From: Psilocybe cubensis
Lineage: Eukaryota
Assembly (NCBI GenBank): GCA_017499595.2
Contig: CM039002.1
Coordinates: forward strand, 2,170,001-2,234,000
DNA length: 64,000 bases
Direction: 5' to 3'
Below, piece after piece: positions 46,297 to 59,044 of this stretch. Position 1 is the stretch's first letter; every line of letters begins with the position of its first letter. Both the position numbers and the translations under genes were made by a program. The notes under the pieces were generated by a model that saw nothing but the letters and a program-made list of their open reading frames with translations, searched no databases and had not been told where the DNA came from.

Positions 46297-46651
46297 GACC
46301 GAACGCCGACCTCATCCGTTACCTTCCGTCGTCTCATATTCGAAACCCGAAGGCACTCAGTTTGCACTGTATATACCACAGATGTGATAGAATTATAGCA
46401 AGACAGTCACCACCCATTGTTCTCAATTCAACCGCACAGAAGAATCAAACTTCGACGAGTCTTGTTCAGAGCATGCGATTGCCAACCTGCTCAATAGGTT
46501 TCTTTTTCAAAATTGCTGATTCTAGAGCTATCTTCTGCAACTTTGGTACATTAGCGCATAACGGTGATGTTGTCATTCACCTCAACAACCATGAAAGAGT
46601 ACTAATATTACAGTGAAAATGCAAAATCGTCCACGGGTAACAATACTAGAG

Positions 46652-48086
46652 CTATATAAGTTTGATCTTTTTTGCTAGAATTTGGCCAACACCGAGGGTC
46701 AATAGGGTTGCCACACCCGTTACCACCTGAGACGCCCTATTTCGATTGTCAATCGAATGCTGTGATCGCTTGGGAAATGACTTACGAGAAGGCATTACCC
46801 TGAGTACCGCTGTGTTGAGCATTGGGTTCGTTGCTTGACTGGGGGGCCAGCATGCTTGTTGTGACCGACTTGGAGTTAATGCTCATCGGGTTCCCAACAC
46901 GACCATTTACGTTGAATCCTCGAGTGGTATTGGCCTGAAGGACCCATGAGATACCGCCCAAAATGTGCTCAAGGAACAGTTCGTTCTAGATGGATGGCGG
47001 CGTGAAACACTAAAGCCATTGTTCCAGGGAATATCCTCACCTGCCAAGTTTCGTTCAAGTGGCCAAGACTTGTGTAGAAGCTACGCCCCGCGACGCCTCC
47101 TTTTTGGACACCAGCTCCGTGCTCTTGGAACCAAGCTAAATGGCGACAACAGTCATACATGGGATCATTCAACACGAGATGAAAACTTGCCTGTGGGATG
47201 TGGCTCGCCCTGGTCGAAGTGACTTCCGACAGGATCTAATTGTCAGTGTAGCAAACTGGATGCTTATAGAACTGAGATTATTCACCATGATAACTCGCTT
47301 TATTGGCGGATAGTACCACGACTGCTCCTAGAGCACGTGGATCCGACTTGAAGTTATATCTAGAACTGACAGTCAGACTGATGTCGTATTCTGCATAATG
47401 CTAGCCTTACACTTCATCTGCAACGGTCCATTGAGCAGGAAGCATACTGGCGCTGGGATGTGACGGCTGCAATACATCTACTGTCTACACATAGGAGCCA
47501 CCTTAGGACCGTCAAAAAGATTTGTTATTTAAAATAATAGACATACGAAATTTTGTAGTTCTGGGTGGTAATCGAAGACCGCCCCTGTAGGACTGGTCAG
47601 CATTCATGTAGACATATATTAAAAACCGTAAAAGGCATGCCTAGTTCCCTGACGTAGCATGTCGTGTTTTCCAGGGTGGCCGCCGCGGAATGAATGCCCA
47701 CAAAATTCCCTCCCAAGTTCAAATACCGCTGAAAAGCAGCCTCTCCCGCTGCGTCCAGAACTGTCTCAAAGCATGTCAAAACTACGAATATACGGCAAGA
47801 TATAACGCCACGCACCGTCGCCTGTGGTGCTCAGGAATAACACCGCGTCGAACCTAGCAAGACTCTCATCCGTGAATTGTGCAGGGTCCTCCGTCGCGAA
47901 AAAGTCAATATCGATCTCGTCTTCTTTTGCTTTCAAAGCGGCAATTGCAACAGGAATAGAGTCGTGTCGGAAACCAGTCGTTGCAGTGTATAGAAGAATT
48001 TGTGGCCTGGATGATGCTGACACCGGCTGGGTATATAGCGCCATTAGGCATAAGACAGGCAAAATCAAGAGATAGGCCATTCCCAT
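46652..48086 (-). CDS. Secreted ThuA-like (class I glutamine amidotransferase fold) protein, multi-exon
   Basis: Signal peptide; YTATTGFRHDSIP; GGNFVGIHSA; FDYHP; DEVYNFKSDPR; GRSFYTSLGH; hydrophobic C-terminus. Confidence 0.85.
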
Positions 48087-48485
48087 GTCTGATGTAAACG
48101 GTTATGCGAGGTTCGAGGGACTTTACAGCGACGGATTAAGCTGCACCGAAGGACGTGTGACGGTGGAAGGCTTTAAAAGCCCAGTGCTGAGTGTTGTCCT
48201 CGTCTTGAATGTTTCTTGCATAATTTTAAACATGAACTCTCATGCTGTAGAGACAATTGGCACATGCTCACAGAAATCTTAATAAAGCTTCCGTTCCAGT
48301 GGTAGCAGTAGTATTAGATCTTTGGGGGTAAGTTTTACAATGGGTAATCAGTGTATAATGGTAGTGTAGGTAAAAGATGATAGAAGAGGTCCAAAGATGT
48401 GTTTATAGTACAAAGAGCAGCGCGGAACCGGATAAGGGACAAAAAAAGGTCTGAGTAGTGGGCATAAGGTGTGATGTGGCGCAGA

Positions 48486-50339
48486 CTACTGGGTGGGACA
48501 GTCGGGGCCATGTCCGTAATGATCGTCATCATCGTCATCATCATCGTCTTCCCAGTCGTCCTCGTCGTCGCCAAACTGCGATGAAAAGCCATGGTCAAAG
48601 AAATTATGACTGTGCGGGACAGACCGAGCACGCACATCGACAATGTCGCTCTCCTCAAAGTCGGCCTCATCGACAATCTCAGGAAGTGGGTCCACATTCT
48701 GTCGTTTTGGTGGGAGGATGGCTTCAACAGACTATATATTTCTTCAGCGAGCCTATTTGTGTAGAGAAAAATCATGGTACCCACCTTGACATCGACGGTT
48801 CGTAACCATTCTTGATCAGGCATTTCAATGTCGAAAATGACATAAAGGTCTCCTTTTTCTTGAGGGTGTTTATAGACAGGCATTCCTTCTCCTCGAATCA
48901 CAATAGAATCTTGAGGTTTGATAATTTTTCCACGCGGCGAGGTCAGGCTGATACCTCGGCCATCTAAATGAGTGAGTATGATGCGTGAAAAACCGAGCAG
49001 AGCTTCTGATAGGGTAATCGTAACATGGGTAAGGAGATCGTTTCCTGATCTTTCAAAGGATTCGTGAGGGTTGGTCTTCAGAATGAATATGACATCTCCA
49101 GCAGGGAGTCCAGGCTGTGGAATTTGGTAAGCATACACATAAATTCAAAGGTTGCACATACACACCTCTTGATCTCCAGCACCAGCTAGCACAATTCGCT
49201 GACGATCTGTCATTCCCTTTTCTATAAAGATTTCTTGGCGAGTTTTTTCATGAATCGTTTTTTCACCCTTGCATTTTTTGCACCTGCAATATTTGATCAA
49301 CTCTAGCGCAAACACTCTATTGAGATAGATGTCGCCGACCTTTCTTTTTCTTTTAACCTTTGACCAGAACCTCCGCAATCCGTGCAGCGAGCGCGCGAGA
49401 GCCCATAGGCACCTGTTGGTAACTAATCCATGTTAACGTTTTTAAAAACGAACCAGATACTATCACTACACACCCTTGTTTTGACGTGTGTGCTACCTGC
49501 ACCATCACAAGTAGAACATGGCTTGGGTTTCGCATTTCCCCGTGCCCCAGAGCTACATATCGAAACAGGTCAAAGTCTAATATAAAACAGAAGGGAAAAA
49601 TACAGTACCCTTTACATACCGTACACACAACCTCTTTTTCCATGTTCATCTTCACTGACTTTCCATTATACAGGTCTTCCAACGTCACTTCATGTGGTAT
49701 TATGGAATCTTGGCCCGTGCCCCTTCGATTTCCTGGAGCATCCGGTCCGAAGTCGAATCCAAAAGATGGGTGACCACCAAAAAATTGGGCAAAAATGTCG
49801 GCAGCATCCATGTCAGGTCCTCCGCGACCACCTCTTGAGAGACCATCCTTTCCATGCATATCATATATTGAACGTTTTTCTTCGTCAACCAAGACTTCGT
49901 AACTAAATGAACAAATGTAAGTGATTGGTTGTCATTGTCATTGTTAAGAACCACGCACGCGGCAGCCATCTCTTGAAATTTCTGTGCGGCATCTGGGTCA
50001 TTGATATTTTTATCCTATAATGTGTTCGGGATTAACGTGGCTCGTCTTTTTCAAATAAACTTTGCGCACGGGATGATGTTCTATGGCCTACGAAGCAATG
50101 AATGAGTCTACTGAAACCAGATCAGTCCAACGAAATATGTATGCACCTTTTTTCGGTAAGCCTTTTTTATTTCCTCTGTAGCAAGGTCATGAGAGCATGC
50201 AAGGATTGTACGTCGAGATGTTAGGTTACCTGTGGTGGCCGTGAGCGAGACGCCGAGCAATTCATAAAATTCTGTTTCAATAGGCACTGTAAGATGTTGA
50301 TTAGCGAAGGCAGGAGATGAGAAAACTACTATACGTACT
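48486..50339 (-). CDS. Type I DnaJ/Hsp40 co-chaperone (Ydj1/Xdj1-like) with CAAX box
   Basis: J domain (EFYELLGVS, EIKKAYRK, HPDKN), LEDLYNGK, CxxCxGxG repeats, TLSEALLGF, C-terminal CPTQ. Confidence 0.9.
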
Positions 50340-50907
50340 TTTGGGAGATTTTCATAAAACGTCCAGAAAGATGATAGGTGGAGAATGCAGACCAGAAGAT
50401 GATGATGAACGAGCGGCAATGCTCTCGAAAGAGCTTGAGTGTAGACGCGCTTGATGGCAGCCTAAATCTGTGATCTCGGTCACGTTGCATTTTCAAATTT
50501 TGAAGCGGAGTTTTGAAAAACAAATTTCTCGTATAAGGGTCGCCATCGTTGTCCTCAACCATAAAGAGCGTGTTTCTTCAACGCGTGGTCGGTTTTTGCA
50601 CGTACATTTTGTGAGTACCCAACTCTTATGCTTTTTACATGATGTTTTCAAACTATTATCTACATTGTCTGAATTGGCATTGCCAAACTTGACGATCCAA
50701 TACTTCTGATATTCATTTCTTTCATTACCCTTCACGCGTTTTGGCGGAATGTCTAACCACATTTCGTTTATACAGACATGGCTTAGTGTGTTATAGCTGG
50801 GCTATATATTGACGCTTTCGGAGCCCACTGGCTTTCATTTCCCTTCCTCAACACTCCTAGCTGTTACCCGTCATTTGTTACGTTCTCCTCTATATCTTAA
50901 ATATACG

Positions 50908-52783
50908 ATGAACTTCTACTTCGAAGCTGCTAAGACACTGGATCGCATCGATGCCAAAGAGGGCTCTATCAAGGGTATTATTGCAACTTTGCCTGAGAAA
51001 GATAGGAAGAGGACTGCCGCTCTCGTGATCGAGACGCTGAAATGTGAGGTCTTCAAACGAATCACCCTTGAGATGTTACCAATGAGAAAGTATTTGTAGT
51101 CAAGGCTGTTCTCCTTGAAGTCATCGAAAAGGCAAAGCTCATGAAAGAAGAGCGGAAATTGACCTCCAAAAATCTCGCTCTTATTCTTGTACATGATTTG
51201 CTTCTGGCCCGTGGCATACAAGCTGGTGACGGGCCCCTAAAGCAAGCTGTATTGCGACATAAGACGCGGCTGCATGGAGAGTTTCAGAAGATCAAGATCA
51301 AACGAGGCGCGACCTCGAATGAACAGCTCGCCCATAACGGAGATGAAAGAGCAGGTAACCTAAACCCTTCACAGAGGCAGAGCTAAACATTCACATTGCT
51401 CGTAGCTCTTATACCTCGTTATGTTCGTGTTAATACAGGGCTGGGCACTTTGGAAGAAGCTATTCAATCCCTAAAATCTCGAGGCTTCGAACTTTCCGAT
51501 CCTTTTTCATCCAAGTAGGTTGTTTGCCATAAACTTTGTCTATCTATTTACATCCGTGTGCTCCTAGGAAAGGTTTCTCGAAAGATGCCCATGTACCAAA
51601 TTTACTCTTATTTCATCCCAGCACTACATTTCAAACCGATCCTCTGTATACAAGCGGAAAAATCATCCTTCAGGATAAAGCATCGTGTTTTCCAGCACTT
51701 GTTCTATCGCCGCCGGCAACCGAAGAAAGTGTTGTGATCGACGCCACTGCAGCGCCGGGCAATAAAACATCACACTTGAGTGCCCTTATGAAAAACAGAG
51801 GGAAGGTCTGTGTACCTCGCCGTGACAAGCTTCTACAGATCATTAAATTAAACCTTTTCCTGCAGTTGTTCGCTTTTGAAAGGGATCGAAAACGTTTCAC
51901 AACCCTCAAAATGATGCTTTCTAAAGCTGGGTGTTCGAATGCTTTGCCGATCAACGCAGACTTCTTAACGACCGACCCTCAAGACCCTCAATTCTCCAAT
52001 GTCACTCACATGTGAGAAGTATTTATGTTATCAGGAAATAGGGCGCACTAAATAGGGCATAATTCGTAGTCTATTAGATCCTTCTTGCAGTGGCTCTGGA
52101 ATAGTCAATCGGTTGGACCACCTGATAGAAACAGGTGCATTTTTTGCCCGTTTCTCTGTCAATGTGAATTAAACCGATGTTTTCCCAGAAATTGAGAACG
52201 ACGCGGACAAAGAAGAACGTCTAGATAAATTAGCTGCTTTCCAGCTGATGATGATTAAGCACGCCATGAGGTGTAAGTCTCATGCGCTGCCTTTTAAATC
52301 TGGCTTTGAACCCTGTTTCTCATTCACATTTTCCCGGCACTATAGTTCCAAATGTCAAAAAAATCGTGTACTCGACATGTAGCATCCACGCCACTGAGAA
52401 TGAACGTGTCGTTTGCAATGCCCTCGAGTCTGAAGAGGCCGTCGCTGGATCATTCCAATTAGCTCCTCAAACTGAGGTGTTGCCCACATGGCCCAGAAGA
52501 GGGTACCCTGAAGAAATGACTTCTTCTCCAGGTAATTCACAAGGACAGCCTTTGGTGTTTGCAAATACTCATGAAAATTGGTTTAGACCAAGCAAGTTCT
52601 CTCGTACGGTGTTTACCAGGGGAGGACGCCACCAATGGTTTTTTCGTATCTTGTTTTATTAAGGTTCAGGACACAACGAGCAAAAGGAAGCTTGATGCAG
52701 ATGATGACGTCGAGGAAGTCTTAACACAAAAGGCGCATAAGAAGAAAAAGAAACGCCGTAAAACGGCGAACAAGTCGGAATAG
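50908..52783 (+). CDS. RCM1: 25S rRNA cytosine-C5 methyltransferase (NSUN5/Rcm1), multi-exon
   Basis: MNFYFEAAK; PRYVRVN; ILQDKASCFPA; IDATAAPGNKTSH; LLDPSCSGSG; VYSTCSIHATENE; TNGFFV. Confidence 0.9.
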
Positions 52784-53144
52784 ACAACTGTGATTTATCA
52801 ATAACAATAAAATTGCAAGGTTTAGGCTACATGTATGACATCATAGAAAGAAAACGCAAGAATACAACATCGAAAGAAAGAGTTTGCATCTCTATCTGGC
52901 GATGGCCCAAAAGTACGACAGAGACTTCAACGGTAAACCTGTTATGTCAGAAAAAATTCAGTGTTACTTGGCCGCTGTCAATAAAACAAACTAGTCGAAG
53001 GTATGGAGAGGTGATTATAGGTAACACGGTCAAAGGCGATGAAGCCGGCGCTAGCTAAAAGGTTGTTTAGAGGTATTTTAGTGCTACGAAGTTGTTAGAA
53101 GGTGAATGATCGGATATCCATAGCGGCGTCAGTGATCAATTGAA

Positions 53145-54989
53145 TTACTGAGCATATTGGCCTTGATAGTACGGGGCATAGTTGGCGTAATCTTGAGGTT
53201 GCTGATAGCCACCTGCCGCATAACCAGCCCACTGCCCACCAGCCGCTCCCCCATAACCTCCAGGAGCACCGGTATACCCTCCTGCATATGCCTGAGGCGG
53301 GCGGAAACCTTGATTTTGCTGATTGTTAGCAGGTTGAATCCAAGATTCTGGTCTACGCCAAGGGGGAATGTTGGAACCACCAGCAGTGATATCGTGACCC
53401 ATGCTGGGGGCGTCCCAAGGTGTCTTGCCGGGATCTCCAGGTCCTGCGTTTTCGCCTAATTCAGCCATCAAACTGGCATATTCAGAATCAAATCCAGTCC
53501 TGCTAAGAGCTTGTGAGGGTCCATTGATAGAAACAGCCTGGGCGTTAGGATCTTTGTTGACAGTACAATCACGAGCCATATGGCCAGCACTTCCGCAGAC
53601 ACGACAAATGATGTTAGCTGTAAAGTTTCGCTGTTCAGGACAATCGTATTTGCGATGGCCAACTCCACCGCAATTTTGACAAATTTGATTCTCATCATCG
53701 CGAAGAGTGCCGTTAAGGGCAGCTAGCTCTCGCAACTGGTTGCGTTTGTGATCATTCTGGCCTTCAGGTGTAGAGGCAGCCTGGTAGAACAGTGTGAATA
53801 AACGAGACAACACAAAATGATAAATAAGACGTACAGTTTCTATAACCTTGTTGATCATCTTGACACAAGCCGCGACTTTCTCTTCGGTGTCACCGAGGAC
53901 AAGACAGTGAAGATCTTCCTCTGCATCGTCAGCATATTGGTCAGGACGGGCCTTTCCTTCTTTCACACTGCCTTTCCCGCGAATGCTGATCTTGGCACCA
54001 CTCTCACGTTCCATCTTCTTCAAACTATTACCACGAGGTCCAACAAGCAAACCAAAGAAATTGATCTCTGGGAACTCTTTGACAGGGATATAAACTTTGT
54101 CAGAAGGGCGCTGCGAACGTTTTTGCTGGTGATACTCGACAGGCGGGCGGAAGTTGGGGTCGTTTTTCATAGCACGGTCAACAAGCTTGATACGTTCATC
54201 TTCCAACTTTTTGCGGTAACGGACTTCGCGAGTGTTAGTCCTTCGACCATGGGCATCATAGGTTGGGGGAGGGGAGGCTGACCTAAACAGAAATGTATCA
54301 ATATATGCGGTAAAATAGAATGAAACTTGCACAATAGCTCACCTTTCCCGCTCAGGCGGAATAAAGTCATTCAACCTAAGTTTGCGATTGATTTCCTCCA
54401 ATCGAAGATGGATGGCGTAGTTGTCAAGCTGTGCCTGAGATACACCAGCGGCAGAAATGGCAGTGGGAAGGCCGGGAATTTCGGTTTTGGCATCACCCCA
54501 GCGACTGCGCCGCTTTCGAGGAGCATTGGGGTCAACTAATGAAGGTGATGAGTAAGGTCAGACGGTTAGCATTTTGGTCAGCGTCAGTGAGACTCTGGAT
54601 CAGGTCCATCCAAAACAAAGAATAAAGGTATGCATACAACCTCGATAAGTCGGCGGCGGATAATTGCACGATGTAACGAAGGCATACACGTCAGGCTGAC
54701 GAATGTTATGTCTGCTTACCTTTAGGATCACCGTTTACTGGCGACTCGTCTCTTCCCCGCTTTCCGGGACTTTCATCCTGATTGTGGGATCTAGGATACA
54801 CTGAAGGGGAAGGTTGAGCCAGCTGAGGAGCCGGCGCATCGTCGACGGGTGCAGGGCCAAACCGACGTCGAGAACCGAGGGGAACTAAAGAAAAGAATTT
54901 TTATTGAAATTGGCAACAATGGCGCATCAAAATCATGTATACTGACCATCATTTGTTCCAGTTATTTGGCGGGTGGCTGGTTTCCACAT
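53145..54989 (-). CDS. MSL5: Branchpoint-binding protein (SF1/BBP): KH-QUA2 domain plus two zinc knuckles
   Basis: SPPPTYDAHGRRTNTRE; INFFGLLVGPRGNSLK; NDHKRNQLRELAALNGTLRDDE; CQNCGGVGHRKYDC and CRVCGSAGHMARDC. Confidence 0.95.
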
Positions 54990-57923
54990 ATTTTGGCAGT
55001 AATCAAGAAATAAGGATAAGAAAAGGGTAGATCGTTGGCGGTGAAGTAAGAGGAGGCCAGGACCATTGCTTGCCGCACTCCCAGCAAGCGTGCACATTTC
55101 CAACTCCGACGCTTATTCATCAATCACATCGTGACCGACTGGCAGCCGCTCTGGACTTCATTGATTCTAGTCCAACAACTGCTTCAAGAATTGTTCCCTA
55201 CTTTGCTGTTCACGAATACTCGTTTCTCCAGTGTTATTTCACAGGTACTTCTGCCATTGAATAGCCTCGTGCCTTTTTCGGATCTTCTGTCATGTCTGTT
55301 GCACGGAATTATCATCTTGGGTTCATGTTCCTGTTGTTCTGCCAAACCGGCTCCATTCTAACTGCACCGACTGCCCGACCTTCGCCTGTTACCCAGCGCA
55401 GCTTTTAGAGCCTTCGGAACGATGTCCTACTAGCGTGGTATGACATCTTGCCCTGATGTTTGCAGCAGCCTGAAGGAATGAATTGAATGAACCTCTCCGC
55501 TCCGCACGGCCTGTGTGGGTGCAATTTTCCATTGCAGTGCAGGAAATGTCGGAAGACATTTCCTGCTGACCAGATGAAGCTTTCCATTCTACGTTTTAGC
55601 TTTCTAGTTGCTCCATGTCGTCTATTGGAGCTTTCTGCCACACCAATTTTACACGGCCACTTAAAAATTGCAGGATTGATACAATCTCTTTAGCTCTTAA
55701 CCAGGAATTTAGCGCAGAAAAGTATATCCAAAGAACAGCTGGTCCCACATGCAATCACACGAGGAATTGCTCTCACCTTGTCGTTTCGTATTACGGGTAA
55801 CCCCGTTCATTTACTTACTGGAGAAAATCGCATTCGACATCACCCTGTCACTAGTCCTACTCATGACATCTACGTTTTCTATTATTTTCGAGTTTTTCAG
55901 GTGCGTAAACAATGCCACTGCTACCCTGATCGTTCTACCTTAAGAAAGCTTCTAGAATGTGCTGCTTAAGCTCATACTACCGTAGGTCAGATTTAGAGAT
56001 TCCCCACGCTTTTCATCGCTCACGAAATGATATCCACCTGTGATTTGTGAGTTCCCCGGCGGTCTTGGTGCTCGTGTACATATGTAACTTTTCAAGTTCC
56101 CCGTATACCCGGATATGCCAACGATTCTCCATCACACTCTTGAGACTAAAAAATGGGCCTCCGTCTTCATCGTTTCTATGTCAAAACGAGGAACCGACCA
56201 ATAAAAATTTCTGCGTTGGCTGCTCTTTCTGTTATTATTGGTGGCAAGAGCCGATTCATAAATTTGCACCGTGGCACTTGTTTTCTGGCTTCCCGAGGTT
56301 AGAGGGTCGAGAGGGCTTTTTCCTGGAGGTTGGCGCCCCCCTGTCTTGCAACGTCACCGCTGCTGTTGAATACACGGGCGATTTTGAATTAGCGCCCTGC
56401 CTCCTGCCCCTTTCCAACCCACGGCAGGTAACCGGAATATCTGTGAACAGAGGCTTGGCTTACAACCGTCATTTCCAGGCTTTGACAGGCCTTACCAGGT
56501 CCCCTTGAATCACGCCAGATTACGCCAATGGCCAGATTACAGTTCAACCTGTAGAATAGCTATCCCCTGTATCCGGCGTAAGGTTGAATCACAACCTATC
56601 TGCACCAATAGCCGCTGATCTTTTGCTACGCGTATTTGTAAACGCAAACCAACACATTTGACTTTCAAGCAACAGATTTATCAACTGATTGGAGTCGATT
56701 AGAGATTAAAAAATGAGCTTTGCATACATTCTTCCTGTTTTTCGTCAAGCAAGAAAGCAAGTTAACCGGTTTGAACCGGATATACTATTCCAAATTCTTA
56801 TCATTCCGGCCGAAACCCGAGCTCCTGTCTTCAGCCAGAATCTCAGCATAGATGTTAGACAAGGGCACCAAACGCGCCTTGCCAAAAGGCGGAGCTGCTT
56901 CAATGATGAGGATTTCAAGACGTCCGCGAGCGTCTCAAAGATAATCCCAAGATAACCCACCACCATGCGTAGCGACTGAAGATCAAACAGTGGCGCGAAA
57001 GCGCGAGAGACATCATGTGCGCCTTGTTTCGGACATTTACCATTCTAGGTCATGATGGCATGGACACACGGAAAGCGGATCTGTAAATTTTCTCCGCTGT
57101 TTGCCCAGCGCAAATATGGCGATCCTTGATTGCGATGTTTTTGCAGAGAAAAATGTAACTGGATGGAACGAGTGATGCAGGTCCTCATCCACACGCCTCT
57201 TTGTGAACAGCGACTTGGTTCTGCAATCAATTGCTCAATGATTACGACTGGCCGGAGAAGTGTTCAGTCGAGGCGGGTGAACTGATTAAGACATAACAAA
57301 AATTATTACGTTATCTTGCATCCGGCACGTGCATCAAAATCTTCGCCGATCCGAGATCTGTGTGATTTGGGATGAGCCAACAGTTCGCCCGTTTGCACAC
57401 ACCCCTGCCGCCTGCCAGTGCCACCCAACATGTTTTGATAGAGAATCAAAGACTATATTTATGCAATCCACATACTACCGATGGTGAATTATATTGAGTG
57501 ACAAAAATTGGGAGGAGTGAACGCACAACAGAGGTATCTTATGAGGTATGTTATTTCTAAAATTACGATGCAGATCAGGTTAAAGTGGTCCCTAAACTCG
57601 ACAGTGCACGCCGCTACCGCGAGTTGGTTCAAGGGTGCCTGTGTTGACAATGTCGAGATCCGTGGGATCCCGAAGCGAGAGTACTATACATTTAGATTCG
57701 AAGCTGTCGGTTTACTAACATCTAAAGCCTAGTGAACACTTGAATAGATTTGTTTTCAGGGTTACATACCTTGTTGGCCAGGCCCTGGGGTCCGATCGAG
57801 GTTGCCATTTAAGGCCATTTAATATTTGCCGATGCGCATCGTCGGAAGTCCCTTTATATGTTTCCTACTGAACACTAGGGAGACACCCTTTCCTCCGCAT
57901 ATCTCGGTTCTACTACTCCTCTA

Positions 57924-59044
57924 ATGTCCTCAAAAAGAGGGCGCAAAAGAAACGACAATCTTCCTCCGAACCGTGCTAGAGATGTCCAGCGTGCTTTCCG
58001 CGCCCGACGCGCTGCTCATCTTCAGGTATGAAATTCCTTTCCCCACCATATGTGAAATTTCATTAACCATACGTCCATACTTCCTCCAATTCATTCCGCT
58101 TTCAGGCCTTGGAGCAGAGGGTGTCAGAGCTCGAGGAAGAGAATGGTTGTCTCCGTCAGGCGTTAAATCTTCCACCATCAAATCGAATACCTCTGGGTAA
58201 AGGTCCCACCGGCAAAGACAAGGCGAAAAATTACGATACAGGAAGCGCAGGAGGAAGCCAGTCGTTGGGATTCCACTCAAGTCGCGAATCGTCCTCCCCC
58301 GAGTCTCCTAGGTCGCGTGGAAGCTCGCAGTCGCCTTCGACGATGACGGTTTCTATGTCTGGTTCTTCACGCCCCATGACGGTTATTGAGCCCAACTCCT
58401 GGTCCGATTCCATGCTGCTGAACGACCACCAGCAGCATCACCAGCAACATCAGCATTCCGACGTCGCTGGCCCTTCGGATTCTGGCTACCACATCGCGTC
58501 TGTCTCAGCTCCTTTACCACTCAAGGCTCTTCAATATCCTTACAACGGCGCGACCAATAGCAATGGGTTCCAGCCAGCACCACGTCCGTTATCGAGCAAT
58601 CTGTACACCGGAAGTCCCAGCAATTATTCGCACTCCTCCGACCGTCCCATAACCAACAACTACGGCAGTCAAAACTTCAATGTTCGTACTGAAATTCGCG
58701 AGGAACCCCGTCAACAATATAACTATGCCCAATCCTTCCCCTCTCACGACCCCAACATGCACAGCCAAACTCCGCCTCCTCCTAACATCACCTCGCAGCC
58801 TCACTCTCATCATAATACCAACAACCCACGCGATTCGCCCCTTCCTTACCCACATAGACGATCTCTAACTGATCCCCAGGGATTTTCTATCGGGCAAGGT
58901 TTCCCTCATCTCCCTAACCCCGCTCAACTCCAACACACATCGAGGACCCCCGATTATTTGCGTCAGCAGGATAATATTCATCTGACAGCCCCCTCTCGCT
59001 CTGGACCATATGGACCTGATGGTCGTCTCAACCCTGTCCCTTGA
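57924..59044 (+). CDS. bZIP transcription factor, 2 exons
   Basis: MSSKRGRKRNDNLPPNRARDVQRAFRARRAAHLQ | ALEQRVSELEEENGCLRQAL, followed by a long S/P/Q-rich region. Confidence 0.88.

Noticed and set aside
55000-57900. About 2.9 kb between divergent MSL5 and bZIP genes with many short ORFs
   Set aside because: No coding signature, RNA gene or repeat that I can support; probably a long regulatory region.
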